DNA of 63,701 nt, counting the filler, from Octopus bimaculoides (lineage: Eukaryota): NCBI RefSeq assembly GCF_001194135.2. It is 6 parts of 6 records of this genome, joined end to end, with 100 filler letters (N's around TTAATTAATTAA, not from the genome) between each part and the next. Parts side by side here need not be neighbours in the genome. Positions count along the whole stretch, not along the records: positions 1 to 27,619 come from NC_068983.1; 5 more parts are not named here. One strand, given 5' to 3'. The position numbers were made by a program, and so were the translations under genes. Positions 1 through 13,460 of this stretch are shown here, piece after piece. Positions within the stretch are counted from its first letter, which is position 1. Each line of letters opens with the position of its first letter. Below the pieces are notes generated by a model. It was not told where the DNA came from. It did not search any database and saw only the letters and a program-made list of their open reading frames with translations.

Positions 1-41
<41 letters not shown>

Positions 42-42
42 T

Positions 43-84
<42 letters not shown>

Positions 85-229
85 ATGTGTGTGTGTGTGT
101 GTGTGTATTTCTGGTTGCTTTTCTATATGAATACGTGTGTGCATTTGTGTTAATGCGAATGGCTACTTCATTTCAAAGCCTGTATGAATCATCATCATTA
201 TTATTATTGTTGTTGTTGTTGTTGTTGTT

Positions 230-290
<61 letters not shown>

Positions 291-738
291 CTTTCCTTCT
301 TTCAATTTTGTTTCTATTTGTTGCCGAGTGTCTTCTCGGCTCCTAGGGCAAAGTAATTCTCTGTATACATTGTTAGGTCATTAAAATAAATTCGTCTGAT
401 TGTTCATTTTCAAAATAAACTGAAATTATTTGAAAAAAAGATTTAACTATAAAAATTGTTGTTGCTGTTATTATTATTATTCAGTAGTTTTATTGATGTA
501 ATTCGTTCTTAATGCTTGCTCTTGGGCAGCACAGATTAGAGCTTCCGTTTCCGGTTTTAAATCACTTTTAGTCATCCTCAGCCATCTTTTTTCTCTGTCT
601 GTCTTATCTTCAACATCCCTACAAAATTGTCCATGCATTCTTTTCTTCATCCACTATTTTCAGTTTCATTCATTCTCAAGTTCTTCTACAGAGCTTTATC
701 TTTGCAATCTTCCATCCTACACAAGCCTGGCCTTCAAC

Positions 739-808
<70 letters not shown>

Positions 809-810
<2 letters not shown>

Positions 811-1018
811 GGCGGTGAGGTAACAGAATCGTTAGCACCCCGGGAAAAATGCTGAGCGCTATTTCTTCCGTCTTTACGTTCTAATTTCAAATGCTGTCGA
901 GATCGACTTAGCCTTTCAGGGGCCAATGAATTAAGTACCAGTCAAACACTGGGGTCGATGTAATCGACAAGTCCCCTCCCACCAAATTTCAGGCCTTGTG
1001 CCTTCAGTAGAAAGGATT
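809..1018 (+). mobile_element. tRNA-derived SINE, family A
   Basis: AAGGCGGTGAG..GAATCGTTAGCA head, GTCGAC..GCCTTTC..GTACCAGT..CTGGGGTCGATGTAATCGAC core and GCCTTGTGCC..GTAGAAAGGATT tail, shared with about 10 other copies in the window. Confidence 0.85.
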
Positions 1019-1183
1019 CGTGTTGTGGTTGTGGTGGTTGTTGTTGTTGTGGTGGTGGTGGTGGTGGTTGTTGTTGTGGTTGTTGTTGCTGCTGTTGTTA
1101 GAAGGATGAGCTGGCAGAGTCGTTAGCACATAGGACAAAATGCCTAACAGCATTTTCTCCGGCATTTTATATCTGAGCTCAAG

Positions 1184-3143
1184 TTTCACTGCAAACGTTT
1201 CGGAGACAAATCTTTCACCGAGGACAGAGAACTGAAGAGTCTAGAAAGCATTGCTGTGAATAAGGTAGCAAATAATAGGCGGCATTATGAGTCGCACCAC
1301 TGTGAAACTTTGAGGACATTTACTGGACAAGCAAGGAAAAATGAAACCGAGCGGCTGGAGTCTAGTTTTGGAAAACAAACGTCATTTTTTTAAAAACAGA
1401 GAAGGCGAAAATGTGGCAAATATAATTGTCAGCCATGAAGTCTCAAAACGCATCGCTGAGAAGCTGAGACCTTTTACAGATGGTGATTTTTTTAAAGACT
1501 GCTTATTGGCAGTGCTGGATGTTGTTTGTCCAGAAAAAAGTTCTTATTTGAAACTATAAGCCTGTCTCCGACGACGGTCACACGAAGAGTTGAAGAAATG
1601 TCAGCAGATGTTTAAAATCAATTAACGCCTGCAGTGAATTACAATATTTTTCAATTGCAGTCGATTAGAGTACAGACTTAAGTGACACTGCACAACTTGC
1701 TGTCTTCGTGCGAAGAGTGACTCAGATCTTTGAAGAATTTATTCAGCTAATTCCGATGAAGGAAACGGTAACCGGAGAAGACATCTTTGAGGCTTTGTTG
1801 GAAATGATATCAGAAATGAAATTTGATTTTTCGAAGCTAATTGGCATCCCAAATGATGGTGCCCCAGCAATGGTAGGACAAAAAAGGCTTTGTTGCACTA
1901 CTGCAAGACCTTGGAATCGTACATAAACTTGTTAAAATTCATTGCATTATCCATCAAGAGACATTGTGTGCCAAATCTTTGAAATTTATGAATGTTATGG
2001 ATATTGTTGTGAAGGTTGTGAATCTGATCCTATTTCGTGGATTAAATCATCGTCAATTTAAAGTTTTTGCGAGATACTGTGGCAGAATATAGTGACCTTG
2101 CTTATTTCTGCGATGTACGCTGGCTTAGCCGAGGATCAGTGCTAAAAAGAGTACTTGTCTTACACAAAGAAGTGGAGATACTCCTCGAAACCAAACGTGT
2201 GGATAGTTCACATTTTCGAGATCCTGATTGGCTTACAACTTTGCCATTCATTGTGGATATTGTGACTTATTTAAATAACTTAAATTTACAACTTCAAGGT
2301 AAAACTCAGCTCGTAAATGAATGTATAATCATATACATTTGAAGTTGTGGGAACATCAACTTCGAAATAAGAATTATGCCCATCTTCCATCATTTCAAGG
2401 AAGGAAACCACAGGATTCAGAGGTATTTGTGAATATAATCCAGGATTTGAGAAATGAATTTGCATCACGTTTTGCTGACTTTCGTCTGCATGCAGATCAG
2501 TTTAAATTGTTTGCAACACCATTTGATGTGGAGGTGGAGACAGTATCAGAATGTTTTCAAATGGAATTGATTGATGCGCAGTGTGACGACTTATCGAGAT
2601 CTAAATTTCATTCTAAAGATATTTTATTGATTGACTTATACAAAATATATTTTTCCAAGCGAGAAGTATACCAACTTAGTGAATCATGCAAAAAAAGATG
2701 GCAACTTTGTTTGGAAATACTTATCAATGTGAATAATTATTTTCCAAATTGAAGCAAAATAAGAACAATTTGAGAACAAGATTAACTGATGATAATCTTG
2801 ATAATTTCTTGCTTTTGGCATCAACAAGTTTGAAACCTAATATTGAGGAACTTTCAAGGAACAAAACACATTAAGTTTCTCATCAATGTGTTGGCTGCTA
2901 TGTAATTTTAAGATCGTTTAAACAAATGATTCCAACGATGTCTTAAATAGAATAAATAATGTTTTTCCATTACAACATTCATCTGTGGTTAATACAAATT
3001 ATTTTTAAGTATATTCAACATTCGTAATTAAATTTTAGTTTGTGTAATTTTCCATAATTATTCTTTTATGGCCTTCGTCCGGTTCACTGTCCGTCATTAA
3101 TACTCGATCCGGCCTGTGAAGGCAAAGAAGGTGCCGACCCCTG
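1184..3143 (+). mobile_element. Decayed hAT DNA transposon (Buster/SPIN/GTF2IRD2-like transposase), frameshifted, 3' TIR retained
   Basis: Consecutive frames give hAT motifs: LRPFTDGDFFKDCL, DTAQLAVFV, DGAPAMVG, HCIIHQE, VRWLSRGSVLKR, YLNNLNLQLQG, FATPFDV. The 3' end GTGCCGACCCCTG (3131-3143) is the reverse complement of a CAGGGGTCGGCA-type hAT TIR. The 5' end is lost next to SINE fragments. Confidence 0.9.
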
Positions 3144-3769
3144 TTTTACAGAAAAGACAATAGGGCGAAAAGAACGGAACAGGAGATGGGAAAGGTTTGT
3201 GGGGGATGAGTATCTCATAGGAGGTCAGTAGGAAGTGATTTGGGAATGGAGATGTGAGGCATGATGGGATAGATAGAGTAGTAGAATTTGCTAGGGTGAA
3301 GTGAGAGAAGAAAAATATTGTGACAATGAGGAAGGAGGAAGAGAAACAGGGATCTTAAAGGAAAGGGCTCAGAAGTAAAAGAACAATGTCAAGGGAATAA
3401 TGTTGCAGACATCGAAACCACAAATGGACGTAAGGTGAGTCACAACCAAGAAATAGTTATAGGACAAAGCATAAAATACACAACGACATTAATGGAAAAA
3501 CATAAGACCACAGAGGCCAAAAGTTCATGGATGGATACAGATAGAAACTCATGGGTGCGTCAGTGGGACCACAAGTGACAGTCATGGAGGATAGACGCAG
3601 CTTATGCGGCTGATGAGATGACAATAGCAAGTGTCAACGTAAGGAAACCATCGTTAAGAGGAGAATAGGAAGGGCTCTTGCATAATAACACAATAAAACA
3701 GGGGGTAAGAATGATATGGATTAGCAGAGTAAAGTGTGATTAGAGAGGAGAATTGGGGAAGAAAGAAAA

Positions 3770-4278
3770 CGTTTGATTAAACCGAAATCTTGTCTCCATT
3801 TTTTTCTTTCTCACTTCAGACACAACAAATGTGTTCTTCCGTGCTCTCAATTCTTCCAGCTTCGCAGTCTGTGCCAGATTTATTCGTACTTCAATTCCAT
3901 ATCCAAAGACATGCAGAATCTCTTCTTTAATCGACGGTACACTCAAACGATCACGAATCCTGCACATCACTAGGTGACACCATCGACCATTCCATATCAC
4001 AGCTCTCCTACCCTCACCACTCACACCTTCTCTCCACACACCACTCTACATCACCATCCACTCAGCCACCCACCCTCCCTTTTCAGCACAACCTCCACCT
4101 CTATCTGCACCAACTTCTCTTATTCTCCATCCTTCTAATTACCAACTTCCCAACACCCTGCCATCAGACATCCGGATACTTTTAACTGTATCTACCGCCG
4201 CAGACTCCCTTCATTATAAACGCCACCACAACCACTGGTCCCCAATCCCTGGGACAACCCATTCAGAACTTTAGCTGC
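3770..4278 (+). mobile_element. Possible Penelope-like element, decayed N-terminal ORF region
   Basis: Broken frames give YRRRLPSL, DNPFRTLAA and HWSPIPG, resembling the FFRRLRL..DPF..L..WTPP region of Penelope-like ORFs. Weak similarity, recognised by eye. Confidence 0.35.
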
Positions 4279-4543
4279 NNNNNNNNNNNNNNNNNNNNNN
4301 NNNNNNNNNNNNNNNNNNNNNNNNNNNNNNNNNNNNNNNNNNNNNNNNNNNNNNNNNNNNNNNNNNNNNNNNNNNNNNNNNNNNNNNNNNNNNNNNNNNN
4401 NNNNNNNNNNNNNNNNNNNNNNNNNNNNNNNNNNNNNNNNNNNNNNNNNNNNNNNNNNNNNNNNNNNNNNNNNNNNNNNNNNNNNNNNNNNNNNNNNNNN
4501 NNNNNNNNNNNNNNNNNNNNNNNNNNNNNNNNNNNNNNNNNNN

Positions 4544-4873
4544 TTCATCCTTTCGGGGTCGATAAATTAAGTACCAGTTACGCACTGAGATCGATGTAAT
4601 TAACTAAATTCCTTTTGTCTGTCCTTGTTTGTCCCCTCTATGTTTATCCCCTCGTGGGCAATAAAGAAATAAGAATCGTTAGCACGCCAGGCGAAATGCT
4701 TAGCGGTATTTTGTCTGCCGTTACGTTCTGAGTTCAAATTTTGCCGAAGTCGACTTTGTCTTTCATCTTTTCGAGGTCGATAAATTAAGTACCAGTTGCG
4801 TACTGGGGTCAATCTAATCGACTGGCCCTGACTCGCCAAAAATTTCAGGCCTTGTGCCTAGAGTAGAAACGAA
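4544..4873 (+). mobile_element. SINE family A, dimeric arrangement (3' part of unit 1, tail/linker, 5'-truncated unit 2)
   Basis: Core occurs twice, separated by TTTGTCTGTCCTTGTTTGTCCCCTCTATGTTTATCCCCTCGTGGGCAATAAAGAAATAAGAA. Confidence 0.85.
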
Positions 4874-4875
4874 TA

Positions 4876-5020
4876 TTCTTGTCGCTCACCATTTCAATGG
4901 ACTTGGTGCCATCATCTACGGTGTCTCGAACGTTGGAATGTCTGACTGCCACCGATCTCCACATTCCAGGAGATTCAAGGGACAACGCAACATCTACGCT
5001 CTTGGAACTTTTTCTCCTTT
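4876..5020 (+). mobile_element. Penelope-like GIY-YIG endonuclease C-terminal fragment
   Basis: ILVAHHFNG...RRFKGQRNIYALGTFSP matches the PVA.HFN...RR.KE...I..LGT..P pattern at the end of Penelope ORFs. Confidence 0.6.
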
Positions 5021-5501
5021 AAGCGTGCGTGCGTGTGTATGTGAACGCATGTGTGTGTTTGCATGAGTGTGTCCGTATGTGTGTCCGTATCCGTACAGGA
5101 GTGTTAGTGTTTGTACTAATGTTCACAACAACACGCCAACCGAGATAATTTCATTATTTTAGATGCACACACAGACATATATCACACACACACGCACACG
5201 CACACACACACACACACATACACACGTATATATATATTTAGACACATATATATACACGCGCACATATAAACATATGTACAGACATATATCCATACATACA
5301 TATATACATTCATATATGCATATACACATTCATATAAGCATACATACATATATATATATACATACATACATACATACATACACACATACATACATATTGA
5401 CAATCGTTTAAATAATTTGTGACAGGAAAGTCAGATTCTGGAAACTGTATCTTCAAATTATATGAATATATCGTTGTCGTGCTAGTGTGTTTGTACAAGC
5501 G

Positions 5502-5551
<50 letters not shown>

Positions 5552-5839
5552 NNNNNNNNNNNNNNNNNNNNNNNNNNNNNNNNNNNNNNNNNNNNNNNNN
5601 NNNNNNNNNNNNNNNNNNNNNNNNNNNNNNNNNNNNNNNNNNNNNNNNNNNNNNNNNNNNNNNNNNNNNNNNNNNNNNNNNNNNNNNNNNNNNNNNNNNN
5701 NNNNNNNNNNNNNNNNNNNNNNNNNNNNNNNNNNNNNNNNNNNNNNNNNNNNNNNNNNNNNNNNNNNNNNNNNNNNNNNNNNNNNNNNNNNNNNNNNNNN
5801 NNNNNNNNNNNNNNNNNNNNNNNNNNNNNNNNNNNNNNN

Positions 5840-5884
<45 letters not shown>

Positions 5885-6547
5885 TACATACACACGCACA
5901 CATGCACAGATACATACACACACACATGCAGATACACACACGCATATAATACATACACACATGTACAATAAAACATAATTACATATTAAATAACATTATA
6001 TAATTTTATTTGATTCATTACAAAATGACCGCGAAGAATTTTGGCAAGATATTTCAAACTTCCACACCATGCACTCTGATATTCCCGCAACTTCGCAGGT
6101 AATGAAGAATTCTAACGAGGCTCCAAATCCGTAACAGAATACTGTTGATTATGTAATATCTCATTATCTTGGCATTGTAGCGTAGAAATTCTTCACATCA
6201 AGATAAAATTTATTAACACTAAATATTTCATTTGTTCTTCCAGATTTTTATTTACTCTCTCACTCAAAATGATTCAACAACTGCCTTTTCACCTGCAAAA
6301 CATATCTGTTTTAATGATACCTCAATTTAGAAAGACTGGTGTTACCTTATGTTTTACTGTATAAACGGCCCTCAGGGCCCATCCAACGGTAACTTAACGT
6401 CTTTGGATACGTCTCATGGTACCTTAATTTAGGAAGGTCTTTGGAAACGACACGAGGGTGCCTTCCTTCACAAAATGTGATGTTACCTGGTTTTACAATA
6501 TAAAAAGTATTCAGGTACGAAACTGTCAAAATACAAGGGCTTCGAAA

Positions 6548-6966
<419 letters not shown>

Positions 6967-7909
6967 AGAATGTTTGTTTAACGTCGCTAAATGTTTAATT
7001 TGGCAGCCGAGATGAACGGTAGACTGGTAGCTCTGACACCGAAGTGGCAGCAGCGCATAAACGGTCTTTCTATAAGGCACCACCTTGTGAATGACATATC
7101 TTTTACATCACACTTCTCGACCATCAACAGAAGTGAGAGCAAGAAGAAGAAGAAGAAGAAGAGTATAATTAAATAAATATATATCAAAGCAAGTAAACAA
7201 ACAAAAAACAAGGCCAGGAAGAAGACAGGTTCTGTGATAAAAACTTCTTTCGTTGAATTTATATTTTTTGAGACTCTCTTTTGTCATCAACTGCCGTCTG
7301 TGGTGATGGTCTCACCATGTTTTTTAAACTTTACAATTGCGTCACAAAGAAAGACATGTGTGTGCGTCCTACGCCCCCGGTATTACTGTCACAAAGCACA
7401 GAATAAAGTCTTTCTTCGTCCAAGACTGGTGTTTATCGTCTGCTTCGAGAAGAGGAAAACAAATTGAAGAAATACAAAAAAAAAAATAGAGCACACAGAT
7501 ATAAAAAAAAGATGAAAAAAAAAATTAAATAGATAAATAAATAAATAAATATCGTTAGTGTTTTAACTAAGATGGCTGGCCTGCGAATCATAGATAACCA
7601 CAAATATGTTTTGATGTTTTTACTGGTGTTAAAACCGTTCCTTTGGAAGATGCACGCCTGCTCGTCTTCAACAAGAGCCAGCATTGTAAGTTTAAAATGG
7701 TCGAATGCAAGTCAGAGCCTCTTCTTATTAACGGATGGGATGTGGGGTGGGATTGTGTGGTGCGGTGTAACGAGATGGCTTTTTGCAAGGGTGTATACGA
7801 GGAAAACACTATGTATGTGTGTGTGTTTATGGAGAAGATGCATGTATCGAGAAACTTATATTAGAAAGTGTGTAATCATGTATATATATATGAGAGAATG
7901 TGCGTGCCC

Positions 7910-7943
<34 letters not shown>

Positions 7944-8123
7944 CTGTGTGTGTGTGCATGTGTGCGTGTGTGCGTGTGTGTGTGCGCGCGTGTGTGTATG
8001 CATCAGTTGTAAAGATACGCCCTTATATCTCTGTGAGCAGAATGTGTATATATCGAATGTTTGTGTTATTGATAAACGTATTGAGGAAAAGCACACACTG
8101 CATCAACAACAACAACTACACAC

Positions 8124-8195
<72 letters not shown>

Positions 8196-8697
8196 AGAAA
8201 GGAGGAAAAGGAAAAGATGGAGATGTACATATATTCATACTCAAAATTTCAGTCATACACACATACATGCACACACACACACACACACACACATGCACAC
8301 GCGCATACACTTACCTAAACACACACACACACACACACATACATGCGCATGCGCGTATAAATGCGTGTGTACAGAGGAAAAGCTATGACAGTGGAGACGA
8401 AGCGAAAGATACTGGACGCCTGAATCCATGGTCTCCGGTTCAAACTCAGCTAAAGACATTCTACAGAGTGCCACAGGCAATACAAATACAGTCGACTTGG
8501 CTGACAAGCGGTTTCACTGTTATGATATATATGTGTGGGTATGTATGTGCAGTGCCGGATTAAAACCCCATAAAGGCCCTAAACACTTAAAAAAATTTGG
8601 TGCCCCCTTATACATGTAATTCGAAATATAAACAATAAGAAACCATGTTTTTATTTTTCAAAATGAAACAAAGCTTACAGTATGAGGGGAAATGTGG

Positions 8698-9047
8698 AGG
8701 CACAATGGCCCGGTGGTTAGGGCAGCAGACTCGCGGTCGTAGGATCGCGATTTCGATTCCCAGACCGGGCGTTGTAAGTATTTATTGAGTGAAAACACCT
8801 AAAGCTCCACGAGGCTCCAGCAGTGGGGTGGTGGCGAACCCTGCTGTACTCCTTCACCACAACTTTCTCTCACTCTTTCTTCCTGTTTCTGTTGTACCTG
8901 TAATTCAAAGGGGCCAGCCTTGTCACACTCTGTATAATGCTGAATCTCCCCGAGAACTACGTTAAGGGTACACGTGTCTGTGGAGTGCTCAGTCACTTGT
9001 ACGTTAATTTCACGAGCAGGCTGTTCCGTTGATCGGATCAACTGGAA
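8698..9047 (+). mobile_element. tRNA-derived SINE, family B
   Basis: A-box TGGCCCGGTGGTTAG, B-box-like TTTCGATTCCC, body GAACTACGTTAAGGGTACACGTGTCTGTGGAGTGCTCAG, tail GGCTGTTCCGTTGATCGGATCAACTGGAA; inverted copies at 16663 and 46016. Confidence 0.85.
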
Positions 9048-10309
9048 NNNNNNNNNNNNNNNNNNNNNNNNNNNNNNNNNNNNNNNNNNNNNNNNNNNNN
9101 NNNNNNNNNNNNNNNNNNNNNNNNNNNNNNNNNNNNNNNNNNNNNNNNNNNNNNNNNNNNNNNNNNNNNNNNNNNNNNNNNNNNNNNNNNNNNNNNNNNN
9201 NNNNNNNNNNNNNNNNNNNNNNNNNNNNNNNNNNNNNNNNNNNNNNNNNNNNNNNNNNNNNNNNNNNNNNNNNNNNNNNNNNNNNNNNNNNNNNNNNNNN
9301 NNNNNNNNNNNNNNNNNNNNNNNNNNNNNNNNNNNNNNNNNNNNNNNNNNNNNNNNNNNNNNNNNNNNNNNNNNNNNNNNNNNNNNNNNNNNNNNNNNNN
9401 NNNNNNNNNNNNNNNNNNNNNNNNNNNNNNNNNNNNNNNNNNNNNNNNNNNNNNNNNNNNNNNNNNNNNNNNNNNNNNNNNNNNNNNNNNNNNNNNNNNN
9501 NNNNNNNNNNNNNNNNNNNNNNNNNNNNNNNNNNNNGTGTGTGTATGTATGTATGTATGTATGTATGTATGCATGTCTCTTCTATTTTTTAATTATTATA
9601 AATCTTTCACTGAGGAGAGAGCTGGTTTCCAACAAAGATACAAGCCCCCATCTTTGGGATGTAGTTAACACAGACGAATTCCATTTGGAACTTGAGAAAA
9701 TTCTTGCATATTATTACTGTTCCGCTCACAGATTGCATTTGTAATGTACGAATCGGTCGATTTCTCTTTCTGAAAATCCCAGCTTATCCAGATTCTCCTT
9801 TAAACATTTAGTAACAACGCTAGTGCTCCAATTATTATTGATATAAATATGAATTCATAGTCAGGATATAGAAGCTGGAGGTTTTGAAGCAGTTGTCCAT
9901 AGACATCCTCCTTTTCTTTGATTTTCCAAGAGATATTTATATCTGCAGGGCAGCTAACCTCAATGATAGTACATACTTTTACCCCCCCCCCCTGTAATTA
10001 CATACAAACATGCATACATACATACAAACATACATACATACGTACGTATGTGCATACGTATGTATGTACGTATATATGTATGTATGTATGCATGTATGTA
10101 TGTATGTATGCAACTGTGCGCGTGTGGGGTGTTATATGTTTGTATACATTCAATCTGTAAGCGCAAAATACTTTGCTGAAGTAAGGAGGGGGGCTGTCAA
10201 CTAATAATATTCTTCCTTATTTTTCCCTTTTGGTTTCAAGAGCAATTCCATTCTCATATGCAATTTGTTTTTTTGATTTTTTTTTTTTGTTTTTTTTTTT
10301 TGTTTTTTT

Positions 10310-10640
10310 TTGCTTTTCAAACATAACAGACCTGATATTGTTCTGTGGGACAGGAAACAAAAGTCATGCACTGTTGTAGAGGTCACTGTTGTAGTGAATG
10401 TGAGAAAACAAATAAAACATTTATGGCAAATTAATGCGGAACTTACATCTCTTGTACCCCGACTATGAATTCTCATTTGTACTTATCATCAGAGGTACAT
10501 TAGGTTAGGTATCAACAAATTTGCACAAAAACCAAGAAATACTCGGTTTGACAAGAAAAGAGCAAAAGAAACTGACGCGGATTCTCCAAATCCAATCTAT
10601 TAGTGGTACAGTGAAGATCTGTAAGACATTGCAAATATTT
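10310..10640 (+). mobile_element. RLE-type non-LTR retrotransposon 3' fragment
   Basis: KHNRPDIVLWDRKQKSCTVVEVTV is the RPD..D/E restriction-like endonuclease motif; further downstream YPDYEFSFV and QSISGTVKICKT. Confidence 0.7.
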
Positions 10641-10826
10641 TCTGAGAATCTTATGTGAATAGATGCAGACACTTGGGTGTATGCATCGACAGGTCAATCA
10701 ACATACCAACACAAACACATATTTACAAACACCGGGAAATCTCTTAACTGAAAAAGTCTGGCTTCTTTGTTAGTGACCGGCTTCAACTCTCTCAAGAAGA
10801 ACTTCAATTAGACTCAAAGAAAAAAT

Positions 10827-10868
<42 letters not shown>

Positions 10869-12142
10869 TACATACACACATACATACATACATGCGTGCA
10901 TACACACACACATACACACATACCCTGTTGCTGATGTTGAAATTCCATTGAAGGAGACTTGGATCTAGGTTAGAAACCGACTCTTTCTCTACAAGCAATA
11001 AATCTTGAAATAAGACTGAACAATGACATACATACATTAGCATACAACCATACATGTGTAGATACATATATAGAAACATAACAGCTTTATGTTGTCTAAG
11101 TTCCATTGTAAGAGTTTTGCCTCTGTATTGGAGAACTGTTTTGTTTCTCTTTTTTTTTTTGTATTAGTGAGAAAGCTTTTCAAATAAAATCAAGAGAACG
11201 GCCGTCATTATCTGAATCCAATAATTATTCGTTCCTCTGAAATATATGCAAAACCTAACGACTGACAAAAAAAAAAATTGAGTCGTTCGCTTTCTAAACG
11301 AAGTGTTTACGAAAATTATAAAACCAATGAATGCTGCAAGTAAGGGAAGAATATATGGAGGTGATATGCACTTGCCGAACTGCAGAGCATGGTTCATGAA
11401 AAGCCTAAAGAAAACATTGAATAGCGTACAAATATTTCCACCAATACTTCACTTGCAGAGGACTCTGTCAAAAATCGACAGCAACACTACAAACGTCAAT
11501 TCCGCCAAGAGAGAAAAACAGAGACCAGTAACATTATATGGAAAATGTTAGATAAGACAGCAACATTTCGATGAAGGTCGAAGTTCTACGACCTCTGTCT
11601 TACTGAGAAATTTTATCATTTGTCAGTTTACACCAACCCTAAACAAAACTGCAAATTCATTTCTATTTGGCAATACAAGCCTGAAACATTCTGTATCAGG
11701 AATCTCAAGAAAGAACTTATTGATGCTTAGAAAATGTTTGGTGACGTCAGCAACCATGTGATCATTTGAAAACTCGGTGATCGGAATTTACGCTCTAACA
11801 GCCATTTTATTCTCAATCCGATGATGAGAACAGACGACCAAAATGGGGATTCGACGAAACTGTGACTTGAAGGATGTGTTTCCTGTTACATTGCACATAA
11901 ATAAACACACACACACATACACACATAGACAGACAGTGAGGCAGACAGACAAACAAACAGACAGAAAATAGACAGACAGATATACAAACACAGACAGACA
12001 CACACACACACATAGACAGACAGCGAGGTAGACAGACAGACAGACCGACAGATAGACAGACAAACAGACAGATAGATAGGTAGATAAATAGACATAAGTA
12101 TATAAGAAAAATAATTTGTGAGTTTAAAATGCGCTAAATTTG

Positions 12143-12202
<60 letters not shown>

Positions 12203-12489
12203 TGAGTGGCTTATTATTTAGAGTGTTCCATTCGTAATCACAAGATTGTGGTTTCAATTTCCAGCTCGGCGATGCGCTGTGTTCTTCAGGAAATCACTCC
12301 ATTTCACGTTGTTCCAGATCTCTCAGCTTGTAAATGGTTGACCCTGCGAACAGGTGGAATGTTGGCCTGCCCGTCCGCCAAGCCAGCAGTGTAGCATCAG
12401 TCGAAAGCTACAACAATATGAAGAAACGCATTGTGACCAGCAATGTATAACAACATCAAGTAATCTAGTCGATTTATGTATATACCTCT

Positions 12490-13460
12490 AAACAACTTCT
12501 CGCGTGTTTCGAAGGCTTTTGCTCGGACCATCAGCATCAAGAAAACAGCTTGTCCATCAACCCATCCGTGACCGTCCTGCCGCTGTTGATGGGAAAGCAT
12601 TAAAAATTATTTCCTCCTTCACTTACCTTGGTTCCATTGTATCCAATGATGCTAAGATATAGAAATTGAATTCAGAATCGGGAAGGCTAGTTCTGCTTTT
12701 GGTAAGCTTTATCACAGGCCTTGGAACAGTCGCGACGTATCGTTGAAGGTGAAATTCGATGAATATAAATCGGTGCTTTTGACAACATTGTTTTATGTTG
12801 CTCAATCCTGGACTTTGCACCGAAAGCACATCAACCAGCACATTGACGCTTTTCATATGCGATGCTTGCGTATTATCTCCGACAAAAACTCCGTAAAACC
12901 GAGTGACCATATTTATAACAATGAGGTACTAACAGAATGCAACATATCAGGTATTGAAGCCATCCTCATTAAAATACAACTTAGATTGTCAGGTCATCTA
13001 TCACGTATGAGTGATATCAGAATTCTGAAGCAAGTTCTCTTTGGCCAATTCCCAACTGGAAGGTCAGTTGGAAGGTCGCTCTTGTGCTTTAAAGACAAAT
13101 TAAAAGACAATCTGAAACGATGCAACATTCCCTTTTCTTACTGGGAAAACAAAGCATCAGAATGCAGGACCTGGCACCAATCCTGCTTCTCCTCAGTTCA
13201 AAATTTTAAACAAAGTCGACTCCAACATCGGGACCAACTTCGTGGAAGCATGAAGGCATGCTGGCAAAACGCTGCTCCTCTAAACGGAAACCTTAACTGT
13301 CTTTATGGTTTTGTAGCACGAACGAATCAAATCAGTCCTTGCTGTCCACTCAAGAAAACACATATTAATTGATCCACAAGCACGCAAGCAAACTGAGTCC
13401 TCAACTTGTTCCATTTGCCAAAAGGCACAGCAGGCCTCAAGAGAAACCATCTGGTGAGAT
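12490..13460 (+). mobile_element. RTE-clade LINE 3' fragment (RT C-terminus), decayed
   Basis: TISIKKT, SFTYLGSIVSNDAK, RIGKASSAFGKL, YKSVLLTTLFYVAQSWTL, DAFHMRCLR, QLRLSGHLSRM, KQVLFGQ, FKDKLKDNLK. Confidence 0.9.

Noticed and set aside
8698-8770. tRNA genes at SINE heads
   Set aside because: A/B boxes are present but there is no cloverleaf, and each continues into a SINE body.
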